A DNA stretch of 64,000 nucleotides from the human T2T-CHM13v2.0 reference genome, Homo sapiens, in the NCBI RefSeq assembly GCF_009914755.1, contig NC_060930.1, one strand, 5' to 3'. Shown piece by piece: positions 45,670 to 61,540 of the stretch. The notes beneath the pieces are model-generated. The model was not told the DNA's origin. It ran no database searches and was given only the letters and a program-made list of their open reading frames with translations. Both the position numbers and the translations under genes were made by a program. Numbering within the stretch: the first letter of the stretch is position 1; each line of letters starts with the position of its first letter.

Positions 45670-48600
45670 CTAGGAGGGAAGGAAGAGAAGGAAACCGTGT
45701 TAGAATATTGGGTCGGTCCCTTTATCACCTAAGGCCCGTGCTCTTATGGAAAGGCACACTTCCTGGAAAGAGAGAAGCATAAATCTGAACAATAGACTGT
45801 TAGGAGAAAAACAGATGGTGCAGACAAAAGACAGATACATATACACTGCATCTGCCACCAGTGACATCAGACTGCCTCCTTGGAAAAGCTCAAAACACCA
45901 GAAGAGTTCTTTCCTCTAGCAGGAGATGCCGTGCCAAGGAATTATGAGTAGCAGTGTTACAGAGTTAGAGCATGGTTCACTATACAAAACATTTTTCTTC
46001 CTTTTTCAAAGTGAGCTTAAGGAAAAAAAAATCCCGAGATATTCAGATGTTCGACAATGAACATTTCTCAATATTGTTCTATATTGGAGGTGAAAAGAGT
46101 AAAAGAAAAATCCCAAATAACACACAGTACAAATAGCATTTATATTTGGAGTTGAAAAGCCAATAGAAGTACACATATATATGCCTTGGCAGGGCTTAGA
46201 AATTCTTGTTCTCAGATGACAGGAGCCTTGGATCCAGAGAGAATCCACAAGCAAGGCATGTAGACATGCCATCAAGCGTGGAGCATAGGCCAGCAGCCAT
46301 ATACATCTCCAGCTTTGACAACAAATTTATTAACACATAGGTGGATGCCAACTCTTCTCTCTCGGTCTTTTATGCATACCTTTCCTGAGGGCCCCTCCTC
46401 GCCCTCCCCTTTCATCACCTACTTCTTGAATCTCACCATTCACATCAGAAAAGCTGTGCCTTCCCCTTTCATGGGCCCAACACACTCTCCGTCTTTGTAT
46501 GAAGGCCTGTCTGGCACATTCAGTACTAAGCAGACAGCCAAAGTAGGCATTCAGCAGAGAGTGGGCAGGCAGTACGTGCTGACATTCTTGGAGGCCTTTC
46601 AAAGGCTCGGAAGATTTCATTTCTTGGCATTAGTAAAGTTTCCCAGCACGCGGGCAGCCATTCCCGCATGTCTGCCCCCTTCCCAGAGCACAGCGAAGTC
46701 GGGGACGTTGTTGATTCAGCACAAGCCCTCGGAACACTAAAAGTGAACTCTAATGCTTTGTTAAGATGTTTGGATGCACTTAATGTCATTGAGGTGGGGC
46801 TCATTTATGGAAGAAAGGATTACGGATTGGATGGGGCAGGTTCATGACTTTATTTTATACCATGACATATTCGTGGGATTTTCGGCTGTCATTGTCTGAG
46901 CTTTTGCTGTCTATTTTCTTCTCTAGCAACGTGGACTTGATCATTCAGCCTCGTGCTTTTCATTTCTTTGCAGCTGACTTGCACTACTCGCGTCCCCTTG
47001 TGCTAGCCCCATTGCCACGGGTCCTGTGTGTTTTCCGCTCTGGAGGGCTGTGCAATGGAAGGGATCTGCCCTCTATTCAGTAGTTGGGACGGGTCCAGTT
47101 CTGCTGCTGTGAGCCAGGTTCCTCTTAGCCAGGGCAATTAAAAGAGATAAAGCCATAGAGGACAGTCCTCAGGAAGCTTTGTGATACTCTTCAAGAATAA
47201 GGTTGAAGTCCTTTTTCTTGACAGTTATGAGATCCAGGAAGTGTGAGACACAGAGAGGTGAGCGGCCAGGGAAGCTAAAGGGAAACTGAGGAGTGCATAT
47301 TTCAGGGGAAGGTTTCACTGGGTAGTTAATATTCCAGGAGGCGCTGGGTTTCATCTAACAATGAAAAGTTCACATACATAAAGAAAAAATCAGGCAGCAG
47401 TTTCCCCTGTTCATGGAACCATTTAAGGATGGTGTCATAATCCTAAAATTGTCTCTGTTTCTCTTCTCCCATCTTTTGGGTATTCTGTATTTTACAAGAG
47501 AAGTCATAGAGTTACAGAGGACAAGATTCTGGTCCTTTTACTAAAATGACCTCCAGGAAATGACTCCACCAGAGCTGTACTGAGATTATTAAGTGAGGAG
47601 ATAGCTGACCACTCTGGCCTCTGTCTGTCCCTTTCTTCTGGGCCCATTCAGCAATCGGGAAGCCCCCACATGAAATCAGAAGCAACAGAGTCGGGCTAGT
47701 TGTATGGGAGCTGAGGGTTGGTAGCTGTGCAATTATACTGGCTACAAAGAAGGGAAAGAAGAGAAACAGAAAACAGTAGAAAGGCAAAGGGCTACAGATC
47801 TAATCAGCATAAATCAGCTCAAGGCATTCGGAATTGGGCCACTTCCAACTCCAAGAGCACCATGAGGCACTGAAGTGGAGCACCGGAGCATGCTTGATCA
47901 GAGGCAGATAGAAATCCCCGTGCGAGAGTCGTCCTGGGCGTTCTTTGTCTCCTGCCCCAGTAACCTTCTTACCACCTGGTGAGCAGCCGGCTAATGTTTC
48001 TACACTGGCCTGTGAGCTGCTTCTTGGGGGAAACTCTCAGAGCCCCACAGTCTGGGCTAATGTGGGCACCGCAGGTGAGTCCTCCTGACTGGTTGTCAGG
48101 ACTTCCCAGCAGTCCTCCTCAGTGCCCATAGAGATTAGGTTTCAGGCACAGCTTGACAGTGCTGTTAGTAGCCAGGACCCCGGCACCAGCCTATTCACAC
48201 ACCGATACATATTCTCAGCCTTGGCCGAACAGGAGTATGAGTTATTTAATATCTGCGCAAGCTACAGAGAGCCAATGTCTACATCCAGCCACTCTCCTAA
48301 ACCGAAGCTTACGGCTCCAGGGACCTTTAGAGATCACCTGGACACAATGCCCTTGTGTCACAGATGAGGAAATAGATTTGAAGTTTATCATTTGCCCAAG
48401 ACCACACTGTTGGCAGCGATGGAAAGAGAATTGCGTTCTTTCAGTTTAATCCTCTTTCCAGAACTTTAAGCTACCTTAGCTCAGCCACGCAGCATCCTTG
48501 TTACTGGGCTCAGTTCCATTATATGATAAAGTTCTGAAGAGGAGCGGTTCTTCTTTTTGTGTCTATGGAATAAATTGGATATTTGCGGTCTTAGGTTCTA

Positions 48601-51600
48601 GCTGTGTTACTTTGCCAGGCAACAGCATCCCTTTGGGCCTTAGTTTCCCGGTCTTTGGTAAGCTATGGTGATGTTTTATTTAATTTGCTAGATGGCCCTT
48701 GGGCTTCAGGCTCCCTCCCCGCCTTGCCTCCTTTCCATTTGCAGTCCAGGCTTGGTCCTATTCCAATGATGCTATTATATATGTTTTGTACCTATCTGAT
48801 ATTTATCTTGCTCAGGATTACATTTCAGAAGAACTGTTATCTTAAAGCAGTATATTTCTGAATTATGAATGAGTTCTTGTCACTGCAACCTCTTGTTGAG
48901 TATCTGCCTACAAACAGCAATAGTGAAACCATTGGTTGCATTCAAGGGAACTTCTGAGACAACATATTAATAATGATACTACTTGATAAATTATGGATAA
49001 ATGTCATCAGATTCCAACACAGATAATACATCAGCAGGTAGGAAAAGGCATGAGGCAGGAGTTGGACTTTCGAAAAGATTTGGTGTTGGTGCAAGGTTTC
49101 AGTAAGACCATAACAGCCAAATGAATTTCAGCTGGACCATAAACCATCTCATTCAAAAGTGCACATCAGTCGTAATAGGAAAATCAAGAATGAATTCTTC
49201 TGGCAAGGAAGTGGAGGGATCCTCTCCTTCAGTGCAAAGGTGTGATTCCTTGAGCCACAAAGTCAGAAGCTGATGATCTGCTATCTTAGAAAAACCCCAG
49301 AGAGGCAGTTTAATCTACTCAAGATGTACTCTTTCTCCTGCCCACTCACCCCCTTGGATATTTATCTCCAGGGTAGGGAAGGTCAACACAGAAACAAATC
49401 AAGGAGAGATAAGAGAGCTATGTAACTCTATATTCAGTTGGATGGTTAGTCTCCAAAGGCTGGCAGTTAGCAGTGCAGCTAGAGCTTGGCAAAACACCAA
49501 AACAGTTAGGGCACAGAACTTGAAAGCCAGAAGGAACTTTAAACAATTACCATCCAACCCTTTCACTTTACAAAAGAAAAAAATGAGCCTCAAGAAGTTA
49601 ATGATCTGCCAGCTCACCTGGCAAGAAAGTCTTAGAGCTGAGACAGGAATTCAGGCCTCTTGTCTTCAGGTCTAGAATTAGGACAGAATTTAGTCAAGTG
49701 AAATACAGGTGCAACACAAGCTGTGGCTCTAATCAGGATTGCAAATCAGCATTTAGGATCATGAGCCCTATCTGAGGGAACCCTGATTGCAGCAGCCTCT
49801 AGCCTTGATCCCCAGCCCAAGCTTCCTTGAAACTGTCTTCTTCTGGCCTCCACGATACCACTTTTTCGTTCTCTGTCTTCTCTTGACCACTCTCATCCTT
49901 ATTCTCCACTGGAGACTAAATCTTTTTCCCATCCCTAAAGTGATCATGTTCCAAAGAGATTTGTCCTTTGCACTTTCCTCTTCTCAGCTATGTGCTTACG
50001 CTCTACAGGAGGATGGCATCTGAACACACAGATAATTCCTAAAGCCATAGTCTTCGCTGGATATTTCTTCTGCATTCCAGTCCCTTATATCCAGTCTAAT
50101 GGGCATCTTCCTCTCTAAAAGCAAGTGCAAACACCTTTTTCTCCTGCTTTGCTTTGCTTGGTTAACAGCATGCACACAGCTGTGCAGTAAGAGCCGCAGA
50201 GGTTTGCTGTGTCTCTTCATGACCTGCAACCCATCTGGGGCCCTGCTTTCCACCTCACTGCCACCCTTCATTCAGGTCTTCAGCAACTTTTTTTTTTTTT
50301 TTCTGTAGCACAGAAATTGCTTCCCAATTGGCTTTCCTGCATTAAATTCCTTCCTCCCTCGAAACCCATCTTCCATTTAACCAGAATGGGTATCTATTCA
50401 AAGGCTGTTTCCTTTCCCAGTTCTCGATCATACTATTTCTTTACAGTACAACTTGGATTGCCCTGTTCAAGACTGTGAACTCCTTAAGTTCAGAGATGCA
50501 AATTCCTTTTGCATTTCCAGAACTTTACCCCAGTATCCGAAACAAAATATAGACTCAGTAAATGTTTGCTAAGTTGAAATGGATTCTGGACTCTGATTTC
50601 CTCATTGTCTGCAGGGAGGGTGAAATTGTTGTACTTAGAGAATTCAGCAAGACATTTGGTTAGAATTTTCAGATGGAAGTGGGGAAAATGAATGAACCAG
50701 AAAGAGAAATGTCATGTCCAAGTCACTCAAGCCTCATAGCCAGAGACTATGGGAGACAGACAGCAGGAAAGGGCCTGCCCCTCCCTATTTAAACAGGATA
50801 ATGACGCAGATCGGGAGCCTGACCCCCCTGAAACTAGTGTTCGCAACTACGGAGCAAACAGGAAGGCCAAGAGGAACTGACCATCCCAGTGAGATTAAAC
50901 ACAATGGTCTCTTTTAAGAGCCTTTCTCCCTTCAGTGTAGCAATCTGCTTTTGGCACTAGGTGACAGAGCACCATTCAAACACTTTGCCAGACCACTTGG
51001 GTTCTGCTGTTCCTGGTTCCCAAGCTATGCCTGAGGAGTGGGAAGAAAATACTGTACAGTTGACCAGAACGCTGGTACAGAGAGCTCTAGGACACATGAC
51101 GGCTTCTACCCCTCACCCCACCTCCAACTCCTCCCTGCCTTTTTTCCCTTCCCTCACTGCTATCAAAATGTCAAGAAAGCTTATTACTCCTATGTCAGAG
51201 AAACGATCTGCTTTTCCAAATACGGAGAGGTGTGACTTGTAGTTTCCATGACCACTCATGCGGTCGTTTGAAGAGAAATGAGACAGAATGTCTGGTGTAT
51301 CACCCCACTAAGACTGATAGCATCATCAATGGCCCGGCTTCCTCTGATTATTTTTACTTCATTCTATATTTGTCATGCAGGGGATCCTGCCATGGCCTCA
51401 GGGTTGCCCCATTCTCAATGACATGATTTTCCTGTACCCAATCCCCCAAAACTTTAGCCTGGACTCTTGTGGGTTTGCATGCCTGCATGCGCAAATGCAT
51501 GCATGCAGAGGACAGACCCTGAGAAACAGACACATTCAAGGAAATGGCCATCATCAAGGAAGTCAGTCCTAAGGCAGGCAGCTGAGGGATGAACATTGTC

Positions 51601-52982
51601 AAGGTCAGTCTCAGGGCACAACAGGGAAGAGAAAGAAAGGCTCACGTGCTTTTGTGCATACTGACGAAAACCGGCTTTGGTCTGAGAACTGCAAACCATT
51701 TTGGCTACATTTCTCCTTTCCTTCCCACCATCACCTTTGGGATAGAGGGGGATGTGGGCTTTCCCCAGAGAAGGAAACAGCCATAGTCAGAAAACATGGA
51801 TATCTGTAAGTGTCAGGATTTTAATTCTCAGAATACTTGGTTTACACTTAGGTTCTTGCATCTGAAGATCTGGAATGTTGAATTTTTTGAGTTGGTTCCT
51901 CTTGAGATTATGAAGTCACAGGCATGAAGCTTTCAATACAGGAGACAGAAGATATGATAAGTTATGATATAATATAAGATATGCTAATTTTTTCCCAGTA
52001 CTATTTGTCGACTGTGTTCTGACACACTTTTCACTAGGTGAGCTGAATGGAGCTCACAGAAAGGCAAAAGCAGGACCCCACTTTGTCCCACTAATCCCTG
52101 GCATCCTTCTGCCCACTGCTGAGGGGTGTTCAACATTTCCCACAAGGCCTCCTGTGGCACCCAGACTGCATTTCAGGCAGTAATTTTTATTTTCTGGGAA
52201 GTGCTTCTTCTAGACCCCTATGACAGTTACAAAGCTTATAGGAGTATCTTGGACCCCCCCGCCGAATCTTGACGTCATTCACTTTGCCCCGAGTCCTCAA
52301 GTTTTCTTAGATTTTCCAGCTTTGTGAACTTTAGCTATAGCATTCTCTTTTGAGCATGTCTGAGTGGGAGAAGGTTTGAGAAATGTGACATTAAATACTT
52401 GCCTCCCGAAGGTACTCTTTGACATGGCAAGAGAAGCTGTTAATACTCCCTGGATGTGCTGTGGGGCAGCGCCCTGTGTGTGGTTGTAGATCCAGGGCTT
52501 GGAATCTTAACATCTCTTCCACACTGGCCAATCCTGTCTGATGAAGGATCATTTGGAACCCAGCACTATTTTGGTGGCTCATATACCAAAGTGAAGTTAC
52601 TTTTTGAGGACTGGTGAAAAGATCTGATGCTCACTGCAAATTTGGATATTTGGATCTCAGAAAGAAATCTCTCTCTGACCAGATTTGGTAACATGATATG
52701 GACAGCATAGCTGTGCAATTACAAAGGGGTTCCTCAAAAGCTGGGTTCCTCTCCTTCCCCATACTTGAATGAATGCCATCTATTCTTGCTTGATTTAGGG
52801 TTCGTGCTGGACAGACACATTCATATGCTAGGATTTGTTTACTATGTAACCAACAAAATCTTAGGGCAAAGAGTTAGTAGGCAGATTTGCATATATGTGT
52901 GTATACGTGCAATGTCACAGTCAACTTCTATTATTTCCTGGCCCACGGTGGAAGATGAATTTGACTGCTGAGTTCTTTTTCA

Positions 52983-53427
<445 letters not shown>

Positions 53428-54872
53428 TTAGAGTAGAATTTCAGAGTAAGAAGGAACCATTCTAACCCAATCTCCTTATTTTACAGCCCAGAGGGTCTCA
53501 GATTAGCGGCAGAGCCAGAGCTAGCATCTGGTTCACCTCTTAATCTAGAATTTTTCCCCACCGGACAAGGATGCCCTTCCTGAGAATCTTCTCCATCTTA
53601 GAAGTCAGCACTGTTGCTATTAAGCCTTGGAATCTCGAAGCATTTGTCCCAGGTTGCCTGATTTTGATAGATTTCAGTACAGTATCTTGGCAAGGGGTCA
53701 AAAATGCGGGGCAGGCACAAGCTGTTTTCAGGGTTCTGTCTGTAGATAAATCTGACAGGCACCATATAATGATGAAGGCCTGACACCCACCCACCCACAA
53801 GATAGATTTTATTAACAATAAAACAACCATCTGGATTTCAGCCAGCATTACAGTGTTGGCACTGGATCATATCTATCTGCCTGTCTAGACAAATCCCTCT
53901 AACATCCAGGTACTCAGGGAAGAGAAATAAGAATTAAGTTTTAATGGAGTAGGAGACCCCAATCTACTATATTACAATATACTTCCAAAAATGATGTCAT
54001 TTCTCAAAGTCAAAATGCACAAGTTATAACATCTGATAAGGTGTTTGAAAGAAGAAAAAGAGGTTCCTATTTTTCCATTCCTGTCTATCTTATCTTCCTT
54101 CACCAAGCTATGCAGCCCAAGGTTATATCTAAACCCACCAATACAAATGCATACACATCCTGGCAACTGTTGTCCATCTCCCAGCCAGAACCGAGTTGAT
54201 GTAAATAGGATGCAACCCTCCCTGGAACTCTTTTAGATGTCACTTGACCTGGATTTGGTGCCTGATTGGTATTATCTACTTCACTTGTGAGGTCCTCAGA
54301 GAGTTTTAGAAAACAGATTCACACACTTGGCTGAGAGGTGTTTACAGTCATACACTGTCAGCAATGCAGCCACTAAGCTGTCTCAAGGAAGAGTTTTTGA
54401 AGCTGCAGCTTCTTAGTTAGAAGACAGGGAAAAGGTGGCAGGAGCAAAGGGAACAAAAAACCTTCATTGTGAAATTGTTCAGTGCCGAGGTGGAGAGACA
54501 AGCTCTTACACGCACATGTTATACACCAGTTTATGAGAATAAAATAGCTTTCTTAAAGACCCAGCTCTAAATGCATGTTCCATGATGAGGTACATATTGT
54601 AGAGAGAGAAGCCAGAGAAATACTTTAAAGTTGCCTTAGAGATGGTTTGATGGGTTTTACATTTGACTTGAATGAAACTCTGCGCTTCTTAGTATTTTGT
54701 GGTATTCACTGAAACAAACTGGGGCTAGGCCTGTAAGAGGAAGTTGCTTTTTGGTTAGGACCTGTTACATTAAGCTCAATATCAGTAATGATAAAATTAT
54801 GGCAGTCAGTTCTATGGGGGTATTTTTGAGTAGGGCAGTTATTTTTAAGGAGAAGGAGTAGAAGAGATTAGA

Positions 54873-55114
54873 CCACTGCTTCTCAACTAGGAGGATTTTT
54901 GTCCCCTCTGGGTACGGGCAATGTTTAGTGGCATTTTTTGGTTGTCACTGTGTGTGTGTGTGCATGTGCACATGCATGCACACGTGTGTTACTGGCATCT
55001 AGTGGGTAGAGTGGCCAGGGATGTTGCTAAACATCCTACAGTGTACAGGACAGCCCCCACCACAAAGAATGACCTGGCCCTAAGTGTCAATAGTGCCAAG
55101 GTTGAGAAACCCTG
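54873..55114. mobile_element. MER20 DNA transposon with internal alternating purine-pyrimidine tract
   Basis: 'ttctcaac...ttggttgtcac...actggcatctagtgggtagag...gatgttgctaaacatcctaca...gtcaatagtgccaaggttgagaaaccctg'. Confidence 0.88.
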
Positions 55115-57366
55115 GATAGAGGAATGGACACCAGACTGAATTAGGAGGGTCTAGCTTCAGACTTCACATTTGAAGACTAATGACCATCAAATCTCTGCCT
55201 TTTGTGCCTCTGTTTCCCTGTCTGCAAAATAAATATTAATAGACATGTTCTTCTTTATAAAAATATGAGGAATCATGAGATTATTTACTCCAAATGCTCT
55301 GATTTCTTCAGGAAAAAGAGTCTCTATAAAATCAAAGCACAGTTATTATTACTGCGCCAAGATGAGCTCATGAAATTGTGTCTTAAGAACTGTACTCCTC
55401 CCCTTGGAAAAAAAAACTTCCTCTAGGAAAAAAAAAACAACAAAACAAAAAACCCAGAAATGATCTCATCATGATTACACCTGCCACACCAAAAAACAGA
55501 CACACTTCAGAGAAATGAAATTCTTTCCCTTCAGCAATGAACTAAGCTGAGTCTGTAATTAAGATCTTAATAAGGGAGGCAGGAGGCTTGATTCAGGTGC
55601 TGCGGGCTATGAGGCGAGAGCGCCCATGCCAGGTTTAAAGCAAGAACAATTGGATGCAAATCCCCCGCACTGCTTAACACTCTCAGGTGTTCCAAACAAG
55701 TTCTTATTTCAAAATGGGCATGGCTTTATTTCTAAAGATGCCTATTTCTGCAAAGAAAAGGAAAGAGAGCACCTTGTTATTTACAAGTCAATGAAAAAAA
55801 AAGCACAACATCTTAGATAGTTTCCTGCAAAAGGCTGCTGTAAGGGAGATGGGATAATGCCTTCGACAGTGGATTAATCTCAGGAGCAGCCCTTGATGAC
55901 AGTCTCTAGAGTGACCATGTGCTTCCGGACTCTCCCAGGCAGTCCCCAGGTTCAAATATCCTTCCCTTTGTCAGACCATATGTCCCATTTTTTTGGTTTG
56001 TAAAACATGGATACATACTCACAAAAAAGAAATATTTTTGAAACCAACAACAAAGGATGGGAATGTAAGTATATTTCTTGATTATGGATCTGCCATGGCT
56101 GAATTTCGGATTTGGGAGAAAAAGAGCTAGGCACTGATAAGAATCTTAAATTCAATCAACGTTATGTGTTCTCTAATTGACAAGGTGATGTCTGTAAGGA
56201 AATGAGATCGATTCCAGTGCCTCTGGGCCTCTGTGAGATAGCCTAGAAGTCCAGCTCCACAGTGACAGGGGTTATCAAGAGAAAGGAGGCTGTCGGGCTG
56301 CGTTCATTTCTGCTATTCCCTTCCTTGAACCCATTTAAAGGTGTGCTTGTCATGCTGGGCTCTGAGTGGAGAGGGTCAGGGAAGCGGAGATAGCACTGGA
56401 CTTCTGCCCCAGGGGAGCATGCAAGGGAAAGAGGGCTCAACATTTTGCTAGGCCAATGCTGCTGTGGTAGTGCGACTGTACCACAGGTCCACGAACCCAT
56501 TTCCTGCCAAACTCTCAGTCATGCCACAGTGACTAGTAACAAGAACGAAAGAACAAAAGGAAAAGAAAAAAAAAATCTCATCGACAGATGACTGATGTGT
56601 CCTGACACTGAAGACTCAGAAGTAGCTGGAGTGTCTAGAAGTCCACTTACTGCCATTTTCTGTGTGCTGGCTTTGCCTGTTATGGTTATTTTGGGAGGCG
56701 GAGGGTGTTGGGGGGCAGATAAGCCCAGCTCATTCTTAAAGAGTCCTCTAGATGAGTCCTCAGTTAGCCTCATCTCCTGTGGGAGTGAGGCATTAAATTA
56801 AGGAAAACAAGTGGACTGTCATGAATCACTGAGATTAAGGCTAACTCATAGTTACCAAGAGATAGCACAGTGTTTCTGCCTGACCAATAAAACCTAGGAA
56901 AAACATGAATGACATATACTATCTAAATGCACAATGCCTTAAGAAGTAGACAGGAGATCTGGTTCAAATCTGAACTTTACACGTGTTTTGGTTACTGCAA
57001 CTTTCTACTGGGTTTCACAGATAATTAATCCATCCACCGCCCCCCTGCCCCCCAACCACACATACACACAGTAAAAAAAGGAATTCAAATTAATTTCAAA
57101 AGGGCTATCAAATATTTTTGTTGCTTGAAATGGTTTCACTTTTACATATTTGTTGCTAAATCTTTGTTTCCTGTGGGCATAAACATAACATTTCATGTGA
57201 GGGACATTTTTAGTAACATCATATAACTATTACCTTGATATGTTAGACATATCAGGGGGAATTCTAATTCGCAAGACTGAGATTTGCAAAGAAACATGAC
57301 ACTTACAAATCACTGGATCCAGCCTTTGAATAAGGATCATGAACTACCTACTTAGACACCGTGTAA

Positions 57367-57740
<374 letters not shown>

Positions 57741-60155
57741 TTTTTTTTTTTTTTTTTTTAAAGAATAACTGGGATTTAATAGTCCATTGTGGGGCCCAGG
57801 AATATGTATTGGAAAACATTCCACTGGCAACTTTAATATCTCCATGACAGCTGCCTCCACTCCCTACGTCAACCATGAAAAACTGCTGTCAGCTCCACCA
57901 CTATCCATATTTCTGGAGTGCCCGTTCTATCTTCCTCAAATTCACCTAGATCTCATTGTTTGGTCAAACTGTCTTCAAAGAGAGTCACCCTTTCCAATGA
58001 AGGGTAGAAAAGGTTACCAACAAGGTGACTTATCTTAAAATGCAGATTGTTCAGGAAAATAATCCTTTGCAGGCTGTCATGTTCCCTAGCTGTGTGGAAT
58101 CCTCATTAGCCAGCAGGAATTACTGCAGAGAGATGGCTGGAATGTTCAAAGTAAATAAGATGGAGGGGGGTGTTGTTGGCAAAGTATAAACAGGGTTTTT
58201 TTTTGTGTGTGTGTGTCCCCTTTTCATGCCCGTACTCTTTGCAACCATCTATCACCTAGGAAACCGTCAGTTACTCTCTGGCATTTTAAGTTAGAAATAT
58301 AGTATTTCTTCCCAATGGCCCTGTTTCATTTGTCTTGGCGAGAAGTCCTGGTAATTCAGCCTATATGTTCTTGCAGAGTATTGCCTTGGTCCTAGTGGTT
58401 GGCATTTCAAACCAATTTGTTCAGATTTCTTTCTGACCCTAAAATGATCTAAACATAGACAACCAAGACCTCTTACTTTACATTTATGTCATTCTAATTG
58501 ACTGCAATTGGATAAGAGAGTTCACCCTGAACTTCTCATGTACTCCCAACTTACATTTCTTTGGATTTTATCTTTGGTTTTTTGAATTGACGACTTTCTC
58601 TTCCTCACTGATATTTCTGTTATGGGTAAACAATTCTAGTGAATGTCTCCTTTAAACACTTTTATCTATATAAAAATTCCATATCTATATATCTGTATAT
58701 CTTTGTGGGTATGTGTATATAACATCATATAATAGCTGCCATTTATTAAATGCCTAATATCTGCTAGAAAGGACAATTGTCATATATTATATCCTATAAC
58801 TATCTGACAAGACAGGTATTATTCTCATTTGATAAATGAGGAAAAGAAGGTTTAAAGTAGCTAGCATAAAATTATACTGTTAGAAAGTAACAAAAGTGGG
58901 ATCTGAAACAAAGCCCATGTTTTTTGTTGTTGTTGTTGTTTTTTTACTATGCCGTATAGTATTAAGATCCTCTTAAATGGCTATTTGTGTATACATTTTG
59001 TCTTCTATGAGCAAAGTCTTGTAATTTCAGGAATATTGAGTCCAATGAACAATAATGAAGGAATCAAGTCATTAGTATATTAGCAAGTGGGGCCATATGC
59101 TGTTAGGGCCCTATGCTTACAATACACATCCAGGCCCACAGAATACTCAACAATATTCAACCATCTCAACCTAGTAACTGGGATTTTGACATAATTCTGT
59201 CACCAAGTCTTGAGTACATACCATCCTTTCAACATCTATTGAGCATCTACCATACAAAGAGAGCTGGAGCCAGCTTGCATTGTCTGCTTACTATATGCCA
59301 AGAGCCATAGTAAGTACTTCATTCATATATTATCCCAGGTCTTCGAATAGTATGAGGCAGTTATTCTTATCCCTATTTTACAGACAATGCTGTAAAATGA
59401 GGCTTAGAGAGCTTAACTTGCCTAAGGTCCAGAGCTATAAGCCATAAGGAACAGAAATGCCTTTCTTCAAAGCCCATGCTCTATCATGTCTCTAACACAA
59501 GAGCATAAAACACCAAGTCTTGGCCCCCTCAAAACTTCACAGACCCTAGATCATGTTTTTTATTCAAGGACTTTTCGATCAATCTGCCTCTACATACAAA
59601 TAGAGGGTGGGTCTCTCATATTCAGTGGGGTTTACTTAAAACTAAACAGGCCCAGTAGGCAACCTATCTGAGTTACGGGTATCCTTTAGATAACGATTTG
59701 ATTGAAAGAGGTCAATAAGTAAGGTAGTGCTAACAGAGTAGGGCAGAGGTGAAAAGCATAACAGCCTATTTTAGGGATTATAGGATGGTCCAGGAGACAC
59801 AGGTTTCAGAGTTTGATTGTTTAAACAGAGTGGATGGATGAGGAGACTTTACTAGCGGGACTGACAGGCCGCTCAAGTCATGTAAACGCAAACAGAGAGG
59901 CAGATGAATGGGGGCAGTGAGGGACCAAGATTTCCCATAGCAGAGTCTAAGGAGAAGGAAAAATGAGGGCTACAGAATGTGCATTAAAAGTGTCACATCT
60001 GTGTGTGGGAGGCAAGGGGGCGGCAGTAGATAGGTGCGGGTGGGGGGCTGGGGAGTAGGGGGTTGGAAGTAAGATCTACGGAAGTCAGTATTAAAGAAGC
60101 GTAAGGAAAGCCTGAAAAGAAGAAGAAGAAGATAAAAGGAGAACCAATGAGGTCA

Positions 60156-60661
<506 letters not shown>

Positions 60662-61289
60662 TCAGTACTCTAAAGGCTTTTATCTCTGTGTAGGTAAGCC
60701 ATTTAGCTCTGCAAATGGGTTTACTAAATAAATAAATAAATGCATAAATACATAAATAACCAAGTTGATATTTTTCAAAGCATGTTTTAGTGATTTTAAA
60801 TCCATAGATCTCATACAAGGTTTAAAAAGGAAAAGGACAGGAGTCCTACATTTGGATTGGTTGCAAAAATCATACAGAGAAAAATAAAGCATTTTAAACC
60901 AAAATATCAAAGCAAGGAAATAATTGGGAATTTAATAGCTTATGCATGACCATATTGACTAAATTAAAGATCCTCTGTCATTATTTTCCTCGGTCTTGCT
61001 TGAGGAAATACGAATACTTTCAAAGTCCTTTCCAAAGCGTTTCACGGCACACAGGTTCTCCTTTCCCTGACCTACCCCATTCAACCAGAACACAGGACTC
61101 TGACTTTCAGAATGCACCTTTCTTAATGGCATTGTAAGTTCCGTCTGTAATTTTTCTTCAGTCAAAACGTTAAAGAATGAATTTGTTGCATGGTAGACGA
61201 GATAAATAATTTAGAATTTTAATGTAGGCACGTAAGGGCTCAGAAATTTGGCAAAGCCACAAAAGCGTCTCTGCTCAGCCATTAGCAGC

Positions 61290-61540
61290 CAGGCCAAGGG
61301 GCCGCTGAGCCCCCGCCCGGGCTGGGCCTGAGGTGGGCGGGGCCTCGGGCCTGGCAGGCACAAACGGGGTGGGGTCTCGGGGGCTTCTGCTCAAACACAG
61401 CTGCGCAGAGACCCTTCCATCACCCTCCTGGGAAACAGCACAACCATACACCTCCAGACCCTCAGGAGGGAGCCTTCACTGGGTAAGCAAACCAAGGCCA
61501 TCGAGGCAATCACCTAACCCCGCCAGCCCCCGCCCAATTA
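61290..61540. promoter_or_regulatory. GC-rich intron 1 element with SP/KLF GC boxes
   Basis: CCCCGCCC 61311-61318, GGGCGGGGC 61335-61343, further CCCCGCC boxes at about 61517-61535, in AT-rich surroundings. Confidence 0.55.

Noticed and set aside
48070-48081. Plus-strand CAG|GTGAGT donor suggesting an antisense lncRNA exon
   Set aside because: Isolated motif with no convincing partner acceptor or promoter; cannot be supported from sequence alone.
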